Below are positions 1-9,569 of a stretch of DNA of 64,000 nucleotides, one piece after another; within the stretch, counting starts at the first letter, position 1; the number at the start of each line of letters is the position of its first letter. This DNA is from a virus (taxonomy: Duplodnaviria; Caudoviricetes): the IMG/VR virus record IMGVR_UViG_3300011008_000041, positions 1-64,000 of that record, one strand, 5' to 3'. The position numbers and the translations under genes are program-made. A model generated the notes under the pieces. The model saw only the letters and a program-made list of their open reading frames with translations. It searched no databases and was not told the origin of the DNA.

Positions 1-243
1 CAGCGCCAGCACCCGTTTCAGATCCTCCGGCTGTTCCCGGAGGACGTAGAACAGATTGACGATGTTGCTGTCCAGATCGTTGATCGTCTCAACAGCGCCG
101 GGAGCCTTGTTGAAGAACACCGCGCCGGAACCGACGAAAGGTTCCAGGTACACCATCCGTTCATATCCTTCCGGGAAGTGGTCGATGATCCAGTTGGCTA
201 TCGACCACTTACTGCCGGGATAGCGGAAGATCGCTCTCACGGG

Positions 244-1737
244 TTATCCCTCGTTCACCTTGTCAAACAGCTCGTGCGTTCCCGTCCGCATCTGATCCTC
301 TTCCGTACTGCGTTTATAGCCAATACGATCCAGGAAGCGATAGATTTCATCGAGGTTTCGGTCTTCACGGTAGACGTTCTTGTAACATCCTTCCTCGCTG
401 CACCACTCCTGTTTGAAATAGCTGCCGGTTCTTCTTGCATCCACATCCCGGAAATACCACGCCATCAAAAACGCGGTCTTAACCGGGTTTTCCATTTTGA
501 GGGAGAGAAGTTCCGCTCGGTTCATGCTTCTGAATTCTTTGTCGTAGCTGATGCCAAGGAATTTGGCGAGACCCTCCGCGATATCATCGTTTCTGTAATA
601 CGAGAGGCTCCCCAATTCCATCAACGTATCAGTAACAAATTCAAGAACCTCGGCCTGTTTTGCCTTGTACTGGTCGAAGTCGAGGATGAAATCAAGCCGC
701 AACTTCCGATGTCTGTCAGTAATCTCGTTGAGCTGTTCCAGCCGCTTCTTCCGCTCCTCGGCCAGGCGATCCCTCTCCTGTTTCTCTCGGTCAGCCTCCG
801 CGTCGCGGCGGTGCTTTCTGTAAAGGTCGATCTGTGTCCGGGAGCTGTTGACCTTGTAAAAGAACGGACCGTCGCCGTCCGGCCTTACGACATCCTCATC
901 CTTGTCGTGGCTCCATGAACCGTAGTTGCGGATATAATCAATTTCCACTTTGCTCTTGCCACGGATGCCGTATGTCTTGCCGCCTTTCCATTCGGTATCA
1001 TCCAAGCTCGTCGCCCATTCCGAAATCTGCGCCTCCCATTTCTCGATGAGCTTGCGCTTCTTCTGATCAGACAGGGCAGAGGATAACTTGTTCTTGAAAT
1101 CATTCGTCCCCATGGCCGCGAGCAGTTCGTCTTTGACCTCGGGATCCTCGATCTTGTCCAGCTCGGCAAAATCAAACAGGGTAGCGCCTCGGTCAACCGC
1201 CTTTTTGAATTTCTTTTCATCCAACTCGGCGAGTTTGGCGCGGCGCCGAACAGTAGTTTCCGAGAAGCCTGCCATCTGTGCCACATCTGCCACGGTGCTG
1301 CCGAGGTCAAGCATCATCTGGAAGCCTTTCGCTTCCTCATACAGCGTCAGGTCTGACCGCTGCATATTCTCCGTGAGCATAGTGCCGATCTGCTCTTTCT
1401 CGGTCATTGCAACGACCACACAGGGCAGTTCCGTGAGACCTGCGAGCTTCGCGGCGTTGAAACGGCGGTGACCGATGATGATGGTATAGCCAGCCGGGGT
1501 AAAGGAATTTTCGCGATCATAGGACCCGATTGCATCCACCTTGGCAACGCCCTCGCGCTTCGCCATGTCCAGGTATTCGCTTTTTGTCATCCAATGCCCC
1601 GGAATGACTGTCAGTTACTGCAGGAGCCCGTTTGCTCTGAGGCTCTCGGCCAGCTCAGTCACATCCCCGATATCCTTACGTGGATTATCCGGGTGCTCGT
1701 AGAGTTCGTTGATAGGGATGATTTTCAGCTCGCTCAC
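244..1737 (-). pseudogene. ParB/Spo0J-family protein interrupted by an in-frame TAA at codon 41 (1615-1617)
   Basis: GTG at 1737 overlaps the upstream stop (GTGA). It gives MSELKIIPINELYEHPDNPRKDIGDVTELAESLRANGLLQ*LTVIPGHW, in frame with the 448-aa ORF containing IIIGHRRFNAAKLAGL and ENMQRSDLTLYEEA. Confidence 0.8.
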
Positions 1738-2132
1738 AGGTCATCCTCCCCGTACTCATACGCATCGTCGAACATCGACGCCTGGTCATCTTTGATTGGA
1801 ACCATAGCGAACGTGCCGGAAGATCTGTCCCATACCAGTTCCCAATCAGGACCACCGAGGACACCGGCTTTCTCGCTCTGCAGTTTCATGTTGGCGGTGA
1901 TCTTGTGCTTGATCATCGGGGCGACGAAAGACCGCTCGGCGGCGCTGTCAGGAGCGTTCGTATTGGGGTTGATGCCAGGGATCAGCGCGATCTCAAATTT
2001 TGCGGTGACCGTCGCCTTGTCGACGTCTTTTTCCTGCATGGTTTCGAACGTGTTGTTCAGGATGGTTTTGAAATCCTGTTTGAAGCCGTTGAATGCTTCG
2101 CTTTCCAACGAAAGGGAAATGCCTACGCTCAT
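1734..2132 (-). CDS. hypothetical phage protein
   Basis: ORF with RBS (ggagg) before MSVGISL; coupled to neighbours. Confidence 0.7.
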   Translation of the reverse strand: MSVGISLSLESEAFNGFKQDFKTILNNTFETMQEKDVDKATVTAKFEIALIPGINPNTNAPDSAAERSFVAPMIKHKITANMKLQSEKAGVLGGPDWELVWDRSSGTFAMVPIKDDQASMFDDAYEYGEDDL

Positions 2133-2557
2133 GTTGGGTTTACCTCCTTGATGTTTTCGATGGTGATCTCCACCCGCGGGGAGTCGGAGTAGAACTTCCG
2201 AACCATGCAATCGACGATCTGTGCATCGTCGCGAAAAGCCACGCCGTTTAGCGCATCAGCGACGATCTTCACGATGTTGTCCATGTCCGGCTTCTTCGTC
2301 GGGCGGATCACATTTGCCAGTTTTCTAAGAGTGGTTTTTGCGCTGTCTGATTTCGGGACTCCGAAATAAGCCTTTATTCGGAGATCGAGAGCACCGTCCG
2401 GGAATGCCAGTTCCGGATAGTGCAGGCGGTAGATGTCAGATATCTGTTTTTCGTACTTCTTTGTGTCGCTCGGGGTATATGCGCGACGGCTCCTGCTGTC
2501 GAACTTAGGTCGGGCTTTACCCTTCGGCTCGCCAGGGACGGTCAGAATGATCTTCAT
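2129..2557 (-). CDS. rusA: RusA-like Holliday junction resolvase
   Basis: GEPKGKARP N-terminus; KPDMDNIVKIVADALNGVAFRDDAQIV catalytic motif. Confidence 0.9.
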   Translation of the reverse strand: MKIILTVPGEPKGKARPKFDSRSRRAYTPSDTKKYEKQISDIYRLHYPELAFPDGALDLRIKAYFGVPKSDSAKTTLRKLANVIRPTKKPDMDNIVKIVADALNGVAFRDDAQIVDCMVRKFYSDSPRVEITIENIKEVNPT

Positions 2558-4305
2558 GTTGCCGGAGCCATCAGAGCGGGCATTTTCTGCGTCGGTTCGC
2601 TCAGATAGAACGAGGCGTTTGCCAGAACCTCCTCGTATGCCTGGGCACCGGAGCCCTCGGAGCCGTCGCCGTGGAAGCTGTCCACGACTGCCCGCTCCGC
2701 CGTGTCCATATTGGTGTAGGTGGATTTTCCGTAGTTGGGAGGCAGCCACCCCTTTTTCTGCGAGGCGTAGATGTTCAGGCGCTCAACCAAGGGCATGGCA
2801 TCCTCGAGGAATTTGATGTGCGTCGTGCCCTTCTTGAACACGTCGATCTTGAAGTAGGCAAGCTCGATGTTGCGTGTCTTCCCGCTCTGCTCGGCCCAAT
2901 TCAGTCTTGCGTTCAGGTCGTACCCCTCGGGACGCTTGCCGCCCAGGTAGTCAAAGGCTTTTTCCAGATCAGAGATCACCGCGTAAGCCTTGTGGATATC
3001 AAACTCCTGCCTGTTGGTTCCCCAGTTCAGCCGGAACATATCCTCGGGCACGATGCACTTTTTCCCGATCTTGTGAGCCTTGTTGGTGGCCCAACCGTTG
3101 TAGTAGTGCCGGTTGTTTGAGCACTCCGGATACCACGAATGTTCATAGGTCAGCTTGTCGAACAACTTCATGATGGCGTCTTCAACGCCGCTGGTAAGCG
3201 AGGCGTTCATTTCCACTAGCACCTGCCGGATGTTGAAGGCCGAGAACTCGTAGTTTGCCATCCGATCGACATTCTCCCGGAAGGTCTTCTGCAGATCGCT
3301 CGTCAGCCTCCCAATGAACTGCTGGTTGCTGAACAGCGCGTTCCAGTACTTCATGCGGACCGTGCGCATGTACTTGCGGTGATCAAAGCCGGTGAGGTAA
3401 TTATCATCACCCACCACGAGGTGCAGGATCGGGCCGGCGTCAAACTTATCTTTCGGATTAAGTCTGCACGACATATAGGGAACAAGGGCCCTGTACTGCT
3501 TCACAAGTTCCAGCGTCGCAGCGACCTCGGTGTTGTACAGCTGTATCGCCTGTTCGATGTAGTCGCCGGGGATCAGCGCGTTAAGTTCCGGGTCAGGTAT
3601 GTTCTGCGCCTCCTCGGCCTTCTTCATCCGCTCCCAGATTGTGCTCTCGTACTCCGCACGGGGGATGGACACCCGGATGATGGCCACGTCAACGCGTGCT
3701 GATCGCTCGGCGTCGGCGAAAGCGTCCTCCATGAAGGTGATCTCCGCATTCAGCTCGTGCATCTTCCTCGCGAGCTCCTCCCGGATGTAGGTGTAAGGGT
3801 TGCGGAGTGTCTCAGCGTTCAGCAGGCAGATCACCGTCCCGCCGTCCTTCTGCATATCCAACGCTTTCAGCAGATGCTTGTCCCCGTCCGCAAAAGGCGG
3901 ATTCATCAGAATCAGGTCGTAGTGCGCCCGGCCGCGGAAGGTCAGGAAATCGTCGTGGACGATGTGCAGCTCCACCTTGTCGATGTACTCATACTCCGGG
4001 CTGAACCGCCCGTACTCGTCGCTCAGCTCGCGCTTGCGCTGGTCGGAAAAGTTGTATTTCAGGATCTGCCGCAGGTAAGGATCGATCTCGCAGCAGTCCA
4101 CTTCCAGATCCCGCCCGTGACGATGGTGAACGACGTACTTCTCGGCGACGGCTCGGACGAGATCGCCCTTTCCGGCCGATGGCTCTAAAATGGTTTGGAT
4201 GTAATTCATATCCAGCCCGGCCAGCATCTTCTCGGCCACGTTCGGCGGCGTCGGGTAGAAGCCCTTGACCGCCTCCGGGGTGGATACGAGGTCAGTTGCA
4301 TTCAT
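2554..4305 (-). CDS. amino-methyltransferase (EPSAGxG, NPPF) with DUF4942-like C-terminal region
   Basis: SAM-binding ILEPSAGKG, catalytic LILMNPPF, C-terminal FKKGTTHIKF pattern. Confidence 0.8.
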   Translation of the reverse strand: MNATDLVSTPEAVKGFYPTPPNVAEKMLAGLDMNYIQTILEPSAGKGDLVRAVAEKYVVHHRHGRDLEVDCCEIDPYLRQILKYNFSDQRKRELSDEYGRFSPEYEYIDKVELHIVHDDFLTFRGRAHYDLILMNPPFADGDKHLLKALDMQKDGGTVICLLNAETLRNPYTYIREELARKMHELNAEITFMEDAFADAERSARVDVAIIRVSIPRAEYESTIWERMKKAEEAQNIPDPELNALIPGDYIEQAIQLYNTEVAATLELVKQYRALVPYMSCRLNPKDKFDAGPILHLVVGDDNYLTGFDHRKYMRTVRMKYWNALFSNQQFIGRLTSDLQKTFRENVDRMANYEFSAFNIRQVLVEMNASLTSGVEDAIMKLFDKLTYEHSWYPECSNNRHYYNGWATNKAHKIGKKCIVPEDMFRLNWGTNRQEFDIHKAYAVISDLEKAFDYLGGKRPEGYDLNARLNWAEQSGKTRNIELAYFKIDVFKKGTTHIKFLEDAMPLVERLNIYASQKKGWLPPNYGKSTYTNMDTAERAVVDSFHGDGSEGSGAQAYEEVLANASFYLSEPTQKMPALMAPAT

Positions 4306-4309
4306 TCGT

Positions 4310-4645
4310 TCATTCCTTTCTTTCGTACTGCGCCGGTCTCATGCGGTACACAGCCTCATAGAAACTATTGGCCGTATCAATAGATGGATTCTTCGCGAAC
4401 GCCACGGCAGCGGGTTCGATGCGCTTCCAGAGGAGCACGTTCCGTTCAAACGCTTCACACTCCGAATGGAAAGAGTTGACCGCCGTCTGCTTTTCCTCTT
4501 TTCCCTGAGCGACGCTCTTCACGCCAGACTCTACATCACGGTAGATATCTCTCAGCCTGTACCAAAGCAGCCACTCGTGGGGCAAGGCGCTTTCGGGTGG
4601 TTTGCCGCTATGCGCGAGCTTTGCGATGGTTTTTTCATCCATCAT
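4310..4645 (-). CDS. hypothetical protein
   Basis: Coupled ORF in operon. Confidence 0.65.
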   Translation of the reverse strand: MMDEKTIAKLAHSGKPPESALPHEWLLWYRLRDIYRDVESGVKSVAQGKEEKQTAVNSFHSECEAFERNVLLWKRIEPAAVAFAKNPSIDTANSFYEAVYRMRPAQYERKE

Positions 4646-5343
4646 CCATACAGCTCCGGGTTATCCGTCAGGCAGAAGTAGGTTTTTGTGTGTAGTGACC
4701 AGTCCGTGTAGGTCATGACCTCCCCGCCGCCTTGTTCAAACAAAGCCTGATACACGATCCTTGGATCATTCAGGACGCGCTCACCTTTCATCAGCCGAGC
4801 GGCCAATCTCAAATATCGCTCTTCTGGCTGTACCTGATCCCAACTTACCGCTTGCACCGGGGCGTACTGAGTTGGATTTGTCTGATGGAGCACCTCTATG
4901 ACGCTGTTCGGAAACTCTGGTGAGTCCACGCGGTTCAATACAACCTCGCCCAGGGCCATGATCATCATGTCCGGCCAGCCGACGCCGTCCTCCTCCTGCA
5001 TGATCTTCGCAAGGTCGATGAGGTCGAAGTATCGCAAGCCGTTGTCCAGGCCGTAGGAGATCATCTGTTCCTCCGTGCTGGTGCCTATGTAGGTGTTGCC
5101 CTCAACAGCCGCCTGGATGATGATTTCCTCCCAGTCGATTTCGTCAGCCGAAATGACGTGAGCCGTTTCTTCCAGAGCGTCAATATTGGCCTGTATGGTT
5201 TCCTCAGATACGGACGGCTCTTCACGCGTGCAACTGGTCGTAACAAGCATGATCAGGAGCGCCAGCAAGGCAATGGTCATTACAAGAGTGCAAATGAGCC
5301 GCCGCCTGTATCGCGCAAGTTGCCGTTTATTTACTTTATCCAT
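4642..5343 (-). CDS. membrane-anchored SleB-like cell wall hydrolase (Hydrolase_2)
   Basis: N-terminal TM helix; GEVVLNRVDSPEFPNSVIEVLHQ..QYAPV motif. Confidence 0.8.
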   Translation of the reverse strand: MDKVNKRQLARYRRRLICTLVMTIALLALLIMLVTTSCTREEPSVSEETIQANIDALEETAHVISADEIDWEEIIIQAAVEGNTYIGTSTEEQMISYGLDNGLRYFDLIDLAKIMQEEDGVGWPDMMIMALGEVVLNRVDSPEFPNSVIEVLHQTNPTQYAPVQAVSWDQVQPEERYLRLAARLMKGERVLNDPRIVYQALFEQGGGEVMTYTDWSLHTKTYFCLTDNPELYG

Positions 5344-5866
5344 CGGTTTTTCCTTTCTCGCTCAGCAAGGCATGATCCTTGCTGGTCAGCTGGTTTGATT
5401 GTCGGGCTAACGCCTTGTAGATTTTTCGGATTGTCTCGATCCTCCATATTTGGGTTGTCTGCCCGTTGAACTCATGCTCCTCAAACAGGTTTTGCGGTCC
5501 ACCCATAGCGTCGATAACCGCCTTGGTCTTACTATCCGCTGGGAGCTTCTCGTACATTTCTTGGGTAGAACCATACAAGCTGGTATATGACCGTATGTGG
5601 CCGAACACCGCATCCGCTCCTTGCTCGAGTTCTTTTGTTACATCTTGTGCGGCGGTCCGAAATTCTGCGATGCTTGGAGGAAATACACACTCCTTGCACA
5701 CGCGAATAACAGCCTGCTGGCCTGTCCAGAAATCAACATCATCTAGGCACGTCGCCCACAAGGAAATTGTTGGCCCGAGTTTCTGAATGCCGCCCTTAAA
5801 CATTTCTGCCCTCGGATAGGCAAGCATCAGAACAGAGAAGATCTCCGTTACTTCCTTCCTGGTCAT
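5336..5866 (-). CDS. helicase loader/inhibitor (G39P-like)
   Basis: LMLAYP..LWATCLDDVD..FPPSIAEFR pattern directly after the replication initiator. Confidence 0.7.
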   Translation of the reverse strand: MTRKEVTEIFSVLMLAYPRAEMFKGGIQKLGPTISLWATCLDDVDFWTGQQAVIRVCKECVFPPSIAEFRTAAQDVTKELEQGADAVFGHIRSYTSLYGSTQEMYEKLPADSKTKAVIDAMGGPQNLFEEHEFNGQTTQIWRIETIRKIYKALARQSNQLTSKDHALLSEKGKTDG

Positions 5867-6735
5867 TTGTCTTCCTCGTCAAACAGTTCATGGAGTTCCC
5901 TCAAATCGTCCATAGCATCGTGATCCTTTTGTGTGGAGCAGGTCGCCTGCTGACTTTGCCTGTCGTCGTAGTTGCCCTCGAGTACTTTGGGAAAATTGTT
6001 CGGTTTGACAAACCACTCAAACGTAATCATCCATCCGTCCCGGTTTTGCCCTTTTAGGAAGGAGCTATTTCTGATTTTTTCAATGGCGGACAGAACTGTA
6101 TCGACCCCGTATTCGTTCACGCGAGCCCTCAGCATACTGCCGCGCTTCGATTCACTCGTGACCTTGACCAGCTGTTGTAACCCGAGCGAATTCCATGCCT
6201 GTACAATGCGTCGGACATCCTTTGTCCGACAAACAAACCCGTCAGGGTTTGTAGAAACATCTTTCTCTTTCTCTGTATCTGTATCTATCTCTAACTCTTT
6301 ATCTATCTCTATATCTTGGGGACAACCGGGGGACAATCGGGGGACATTGTCCCCCGTATCGTCCAAACTGCGCTGTTCCCGTTTTCGCTTCGCCGCATAC
6401 GTCTCGCTGTCCAGAAGCTTTGCAACTTCGGACATGAACAGCGTCTTATCGTCGAAGACCTCAACCATGCCGAGTTCTTCAAAGAGCTTTAGCGCTGTGC
6501 GAACAACATCAACATTCGTCTTTGTCACGCTGGCCAGCATTTGCTCGTTGTATGGGATGGTATCGGAGAAACGAAGGGCACCTTCATGGTCAATGCTTTC
6601 GAGCATGAGCTTGAGATAGAACAGGACATAATCCTTGCCGTTTGGCATATCCTCGATCACGGTAATATCGTGGCGTTTGAAAAAATCCCGATGGAGCTTT
6701 AGCCAGTAATACCGTTCCTTATCGCGTGATGCCAT
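5863..6735 (-). CDS. phage replisome organiser/replication initiator
   Basis: RYYWLKLHRDFF..NGKDYVLFYLKLMLES N-terminal domain; ITFEWFVKPNNFPKVLEGNY C-terminal motif. Confidence 0.9.
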   Translation of the reverse strand: MASRDKERYYWLKLHRDFFKRHDITVIEDMPNGKDYVLFYLKLMLESIDHEGALRFSDTIPYNEQMLASVTKTNVDVVRTALKLFEELGMVEVFDDKTLFMSEVAKLLDSETYAAKRKREQRSLDDTGDNVPRLSPGCPQDIEIDKELEIDTDTEKEKDVSTNPDGFVCRTKDVRRIVQAWNSLGLQQLVKVTSESKRGSMLRARVNEYGVDTVLSAIEKIRNSSFLKGQNRDGWMITFEWFVKPNNFPKVLEGNYDDRQSQQATCSTQKDHDAMDDLRELHELFDEEDK

Positions 6736-6748
6736 AGCCTACCTCCGA

Positions 6749-7198
6749 TCAGAACGGCAGATCCTCGTCTTCGCCTTCGTCGGGCAATTCGGTAAACTGA
6801 CTGCCGCTGGGCTGCTGATACTGTCCGGTCGGGGGAGGTGCCGAAGATGTTGACCGCGGAGCGGTATCACCGTCTTTCTTACTGTCGCCAAAGTACATAC
6901 TGTCAACGACAACCTCGGCCGACCGCCGCTTGTTACCGTCGCGGTCCGTCCAGTCGCGCAGCTGCAACCTGCCGGACGCTACCGCCATGCGGCCTTTGGC
7001 GAAGTACTTCGCGGCGAACTCTGCCGTGGAGCGCCACGCCACGCAGTCGATGAAGTCCGTGGCTCGCTCGCCGGTGGACTTGTCGGCAAAGTCTCGGTCA
7101 ACCGCCAGGGTGAAAGAGGCCACCGGCGTCTGACTCTGCGTGTACCGCAATTCAGGATCGCGGGTCAGGCGTCCCATGATGACGATATGGTTAAGCAT
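6749..7198 (-). CDS. ssb: single-stranded DNA-binding protein
   Basis: MLNHIVIMGRLTRDPELRYTQ OB-fold; acidic DEDLPF tail. Confidence 0.97.
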   Translation of the reverse strand: MLNHIVIMGRLTRDPELRYTQSQTPVASFTLAVDRDFADKSTGERATDFIDCVAWRSTAEFAAKYFAKGRMAVASGRLQLRDWTDRDGNKRRSAEVVVDSMYFGDSKKDGDTAPRSTSSAPPPTGQYQQPSGSQFTELPDEGEDEDLPF

Positions 7199-7424
7199 CG
7201 GGCTCCCCCTTTGCTTCATCCTTGGTGAAGTCCATATCGCTGGGCCGATGTGCATCGTCTTCCAACTTGCGGATCAGTTCGATCAGCCCGCGATCAACAC
7301 GGTCGTAGTCGGTGTTGCTTGCCAGGATCAGCGTCAGCCGCGCCTCTGCGGTGATCAGCTCGTCGTACCTTTCCAGGGGGATGGTAACGGTATCATCAGC
7401 GATGATTACGATAGATTTTTCCAT
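7191..7424 (-). CDS. hypothetical protein
   Basis: RBS (gaaaggag) before MEKSIV; coupled. Confidence 0.65.
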   Translation of the reverse strand: MEKSIVIIADDTVTIPLERYDELITAEARLTLILASNTDYDRVDRGLIELIRKLEDDAHRPSDMDFTKDEAKGEPDA

Positions 7425-7791
7425 GAGTTTTTCTCCTTTCGCGTTGGCAGATATCAATGACCTGCTTGCATTGGTCCACATCGAACATGCCGATGTGCGT
7501 TTTCTCTTGCGGTAAGCCCATCTGTTCAGAGAGCCACCTGTACGCAGCGTTTCGCTGGTGCTTGAACTGTCCGACCTTCCAGAAAGGGTCAAAGAATGCG
7601 TGAGCCGTGCGTTTCCAGTGCCGGAGTTCGGCGTTTGCAAGCCGCCCAAGGGGGACGTCGGTTCCTTTATGAACGCCCACATAGGCGTCGCAGCGCTCAC
7701 ACAAATAGATCATTCCATAGCTGCGTCCATACACAGTTTTGCTGTCCACATATTTCGCAGGGAGACCACAATAGTCACATAGAACCTTCAT
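7396..7791 (-). CDS. DUF3268-like zinc-finger protein
   Basis: CDYCG..YLCERCDAYVGVHKGT..LGRLANAELR..AHAFFDPFW. Confidence 0.8.
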   Translation of the reverse strand: MKVLCDYCGLPAKYVDSKTVYGRSYGMIYLCERCDAYVGVHKGTDVPLGRLANAELRHWKRTAHAFFDPFWKVGQFKHQRNAAYRWLSEQMGLPQEKTHIGMFDVDQCKQVIDICQRERRKTHGKIYRNHR

Positions 7792-8293
7792 GCGAAGCCC
7801 TCCTTTGTGTTGCCCTGGTGTTCCGGTTTTGTTCCGCTCTGGTAGCCCATCTGCAATTTTGAGGACAATAGCCCATATCATTGTCGATTCGATCAATAGT
7901 CAAATCTTCCGAATATCCGCTTGATAGAGCCCAGTCCTTAAAGGTTGCAAAATCATTCATCCACTCGTTGCATACGGTTATCCCTCGTGCGCCGTAATTC
8001 TTCCAGTCCCGAGTATTCGGATCCGTACACCGCGTTTTCATAGCGCACCAGATGCGGTACAGACGGGTATTTCGTCCTCCGTGTTTGGTTGATCTTGCCG
8101 ACAGCAGTTCTCGTTGTAGACATCCACAACTCTTGGTTGTGCCATCCAGCAGACGCTTCCCGTTAATGACTACTTCTCGCCCACATGAGCATCGACATTG
8201 CCAAAGGACATCCCTGCTGGTAGATCTACGGCCAGAATCAGAGATCACGAGTAACCTTCCAAATCTCTGGTTAATAAGGTCATTTTTCATCAT
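7775..8293 (-). CDS. HNH-type (homing-like) endonuclease
   Basis: FGRLLV..WQCRCSCG..TKSCGC; LTIDRIDNDMGYCPQNCRWAT. Confidence 0.8.
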   Translation of the reverse strand: MMKNDLINQRFGRLLVISDSGRRSTSRDVLWQCRCSCGREVVINGKRLLDGTTKSCGCLQRELLSARSTKHGGRNTRLYRIWCAMKTRCTDPNTRDWKNYGARGITVCNEWMNDFATFKDWALSSGYSEDLTIDRIDNDMGYCPQNCRWATRAEQNRNTRATQRRASHEGSM

Positions 8294-8808
8294 CGACCCT
8301 CCATCATGGAGGCGAGTTCCTCCGGGGAAAGCGTCTCGATGCCGAGCTCTTTGCAATCCTGCACAATGGCGTCTATCAGCCGTGACATCCGCTTGGTGGA
8401 GTAAGTGCTGGAGCCGTAATAGGCACGGATCACAACATGATCTCCATCCGGGGCATAATCGACCTGCTCAGTCGGCCAGCCTGTACCGAGTTCATGCCAT
8501 GCGTACTGGAATGTGCGGGCCTCGTCTGCGGTCAGGGTGAAATCCTTGAACTGACCAAACTTCCGTATGTACTCGATATACAGGTCGTTTTTGTCGCGGC
8601 CCAGAGCCGCCGCCAGCTTGTCCAACAGGACCCACATATAAGAATTGGCCTCGCGGCTTCTCTTGTCGCGCCACTTCTTGAAAGAGGCGTCAACATCACC
8701 GCTGTACAGAGCGTCGTATTTCTCCCGGAAGTCCTCGTCGAGCTCCACGGTCACGCGCCACTTTCCGTTTCTGCCGCGGACCATTTCACCGACAAAACGC
8801 CCTCTCAT
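8290..8808 (-). CDS. NinB/Orf-like recombination protein
   Basis: RSREANSYMWVLLDKLA..GSSTYSTKRMSRLIDAIVQDCKELGIET. Confidence 0.75.
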   Translation of the reverse strand: MRGRFVGEMVRGRNGKWRVTVELDEDFREKYDALYSGDVDASFKKWRDKRSREANSYMWVLLDKLAAALGRDKNDLYIEYIRKFGQFKDFTLTADEARTFQYAWHELGTGWPTEQVDYAPDGDHVVIRAYYGSSTYSTKRMSRLIDAIVQDCKELGIETLSPEELASMMEGR

Positions 8809-9569
8809 GAACCAAACGCTCCCTGAAACACTTCCTCGGACATCCGCCGGGCTTCGCAATCCATAATCTTCTTGAATGCGGTATCAACGTCAGCCTCATC
8901 CTCAACCGCTGGCTTCTGCGGGAGCGATTTGAGTGTATCGGACTTTGGTCTGTCAGCCTCCCACTTCTCTTTGTAGAGATCGAGCAAGCCCATACTCTGT
9001 AAGGACTGAACGAAATCGCTGATAAAGTCGGCAATGTCCCGGGTCTCCTGCGGTATGTACCGCTCGGTGTACAGATCCTCGCCGTCGCTGACGAGATAGA
9101 TAAACTCGTGTGCTTCGGGAATGAGATAGAAGTATGTCGGATGCTGCGGGCTGTTCAGATAGTCGCCGGCAAGATCAAGGTCTTTGAAACTCTTGGCCTT
9201 ATACTTCACATCGAAGATTGTGCCGGCCTTGAGTCCATCCAGAATTCCGTAGACAAGGAACGTCATACCGGCAACCCTGATCTCTCGTGACGCCCGGACT
9301 TGCACCTGAGCGCCTTTCAGGTACGTTGCAACGCTCTCCACGCCGTTTTTCCACTTGCCGGGATATTCCCGCTTGCCCGTTCCGGCCAAAGCGTACACAG
9401 CGTTTTCAAATGCGATGCCGTCCCGCATGGCTTGGTTGGGCTCCTCGTGTTCTCTGTTGAGGGTTTTGAGGAAAGAGGCTTTCGCCTCTTCCTCGCCGCC
9501 CTCATAGCAGTCGAACATGTATGCCCACGAGCCGAGGAGAGATTGCGTTACGAGATAACGCGCCATCAT
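8805..9569 (-). CDS. PD-(D/E)xK-like exonuclease (recombination)
   Basis: YGILDGLKAGTIFDVKYK and QHPTY motifs; adjacent to Sak4-like ATPase. Confidence 0.65.
   Translation of the reverse strand: MMARYLVTQSLLGSWAYMFDCYEGGEEEAKASFLKTLNREHEEPNQAMRDGIAFENAVYALAGTGKREYPGKWKNGVESVATYLKGAQVQVRASREIRVAGMTFLVYGILDGLKAGTIFDVKYKAKSFKDLDLAGDYLNSPQHPTYFYLIPEAHEFIYLVSDGEDLYTERYIPQETRDIADFISDFVQSLQSMGLLDLYKEKWEADRPKSDTLKSLPQKPAVEDEADVDTAFKKIMDCEARRMSEEVFQGAFGS

Noticed and set aside
1615-1617. Stop-codon reassignment
   Set aside because: Single TAA case; TAA terminates many other genes in the window.
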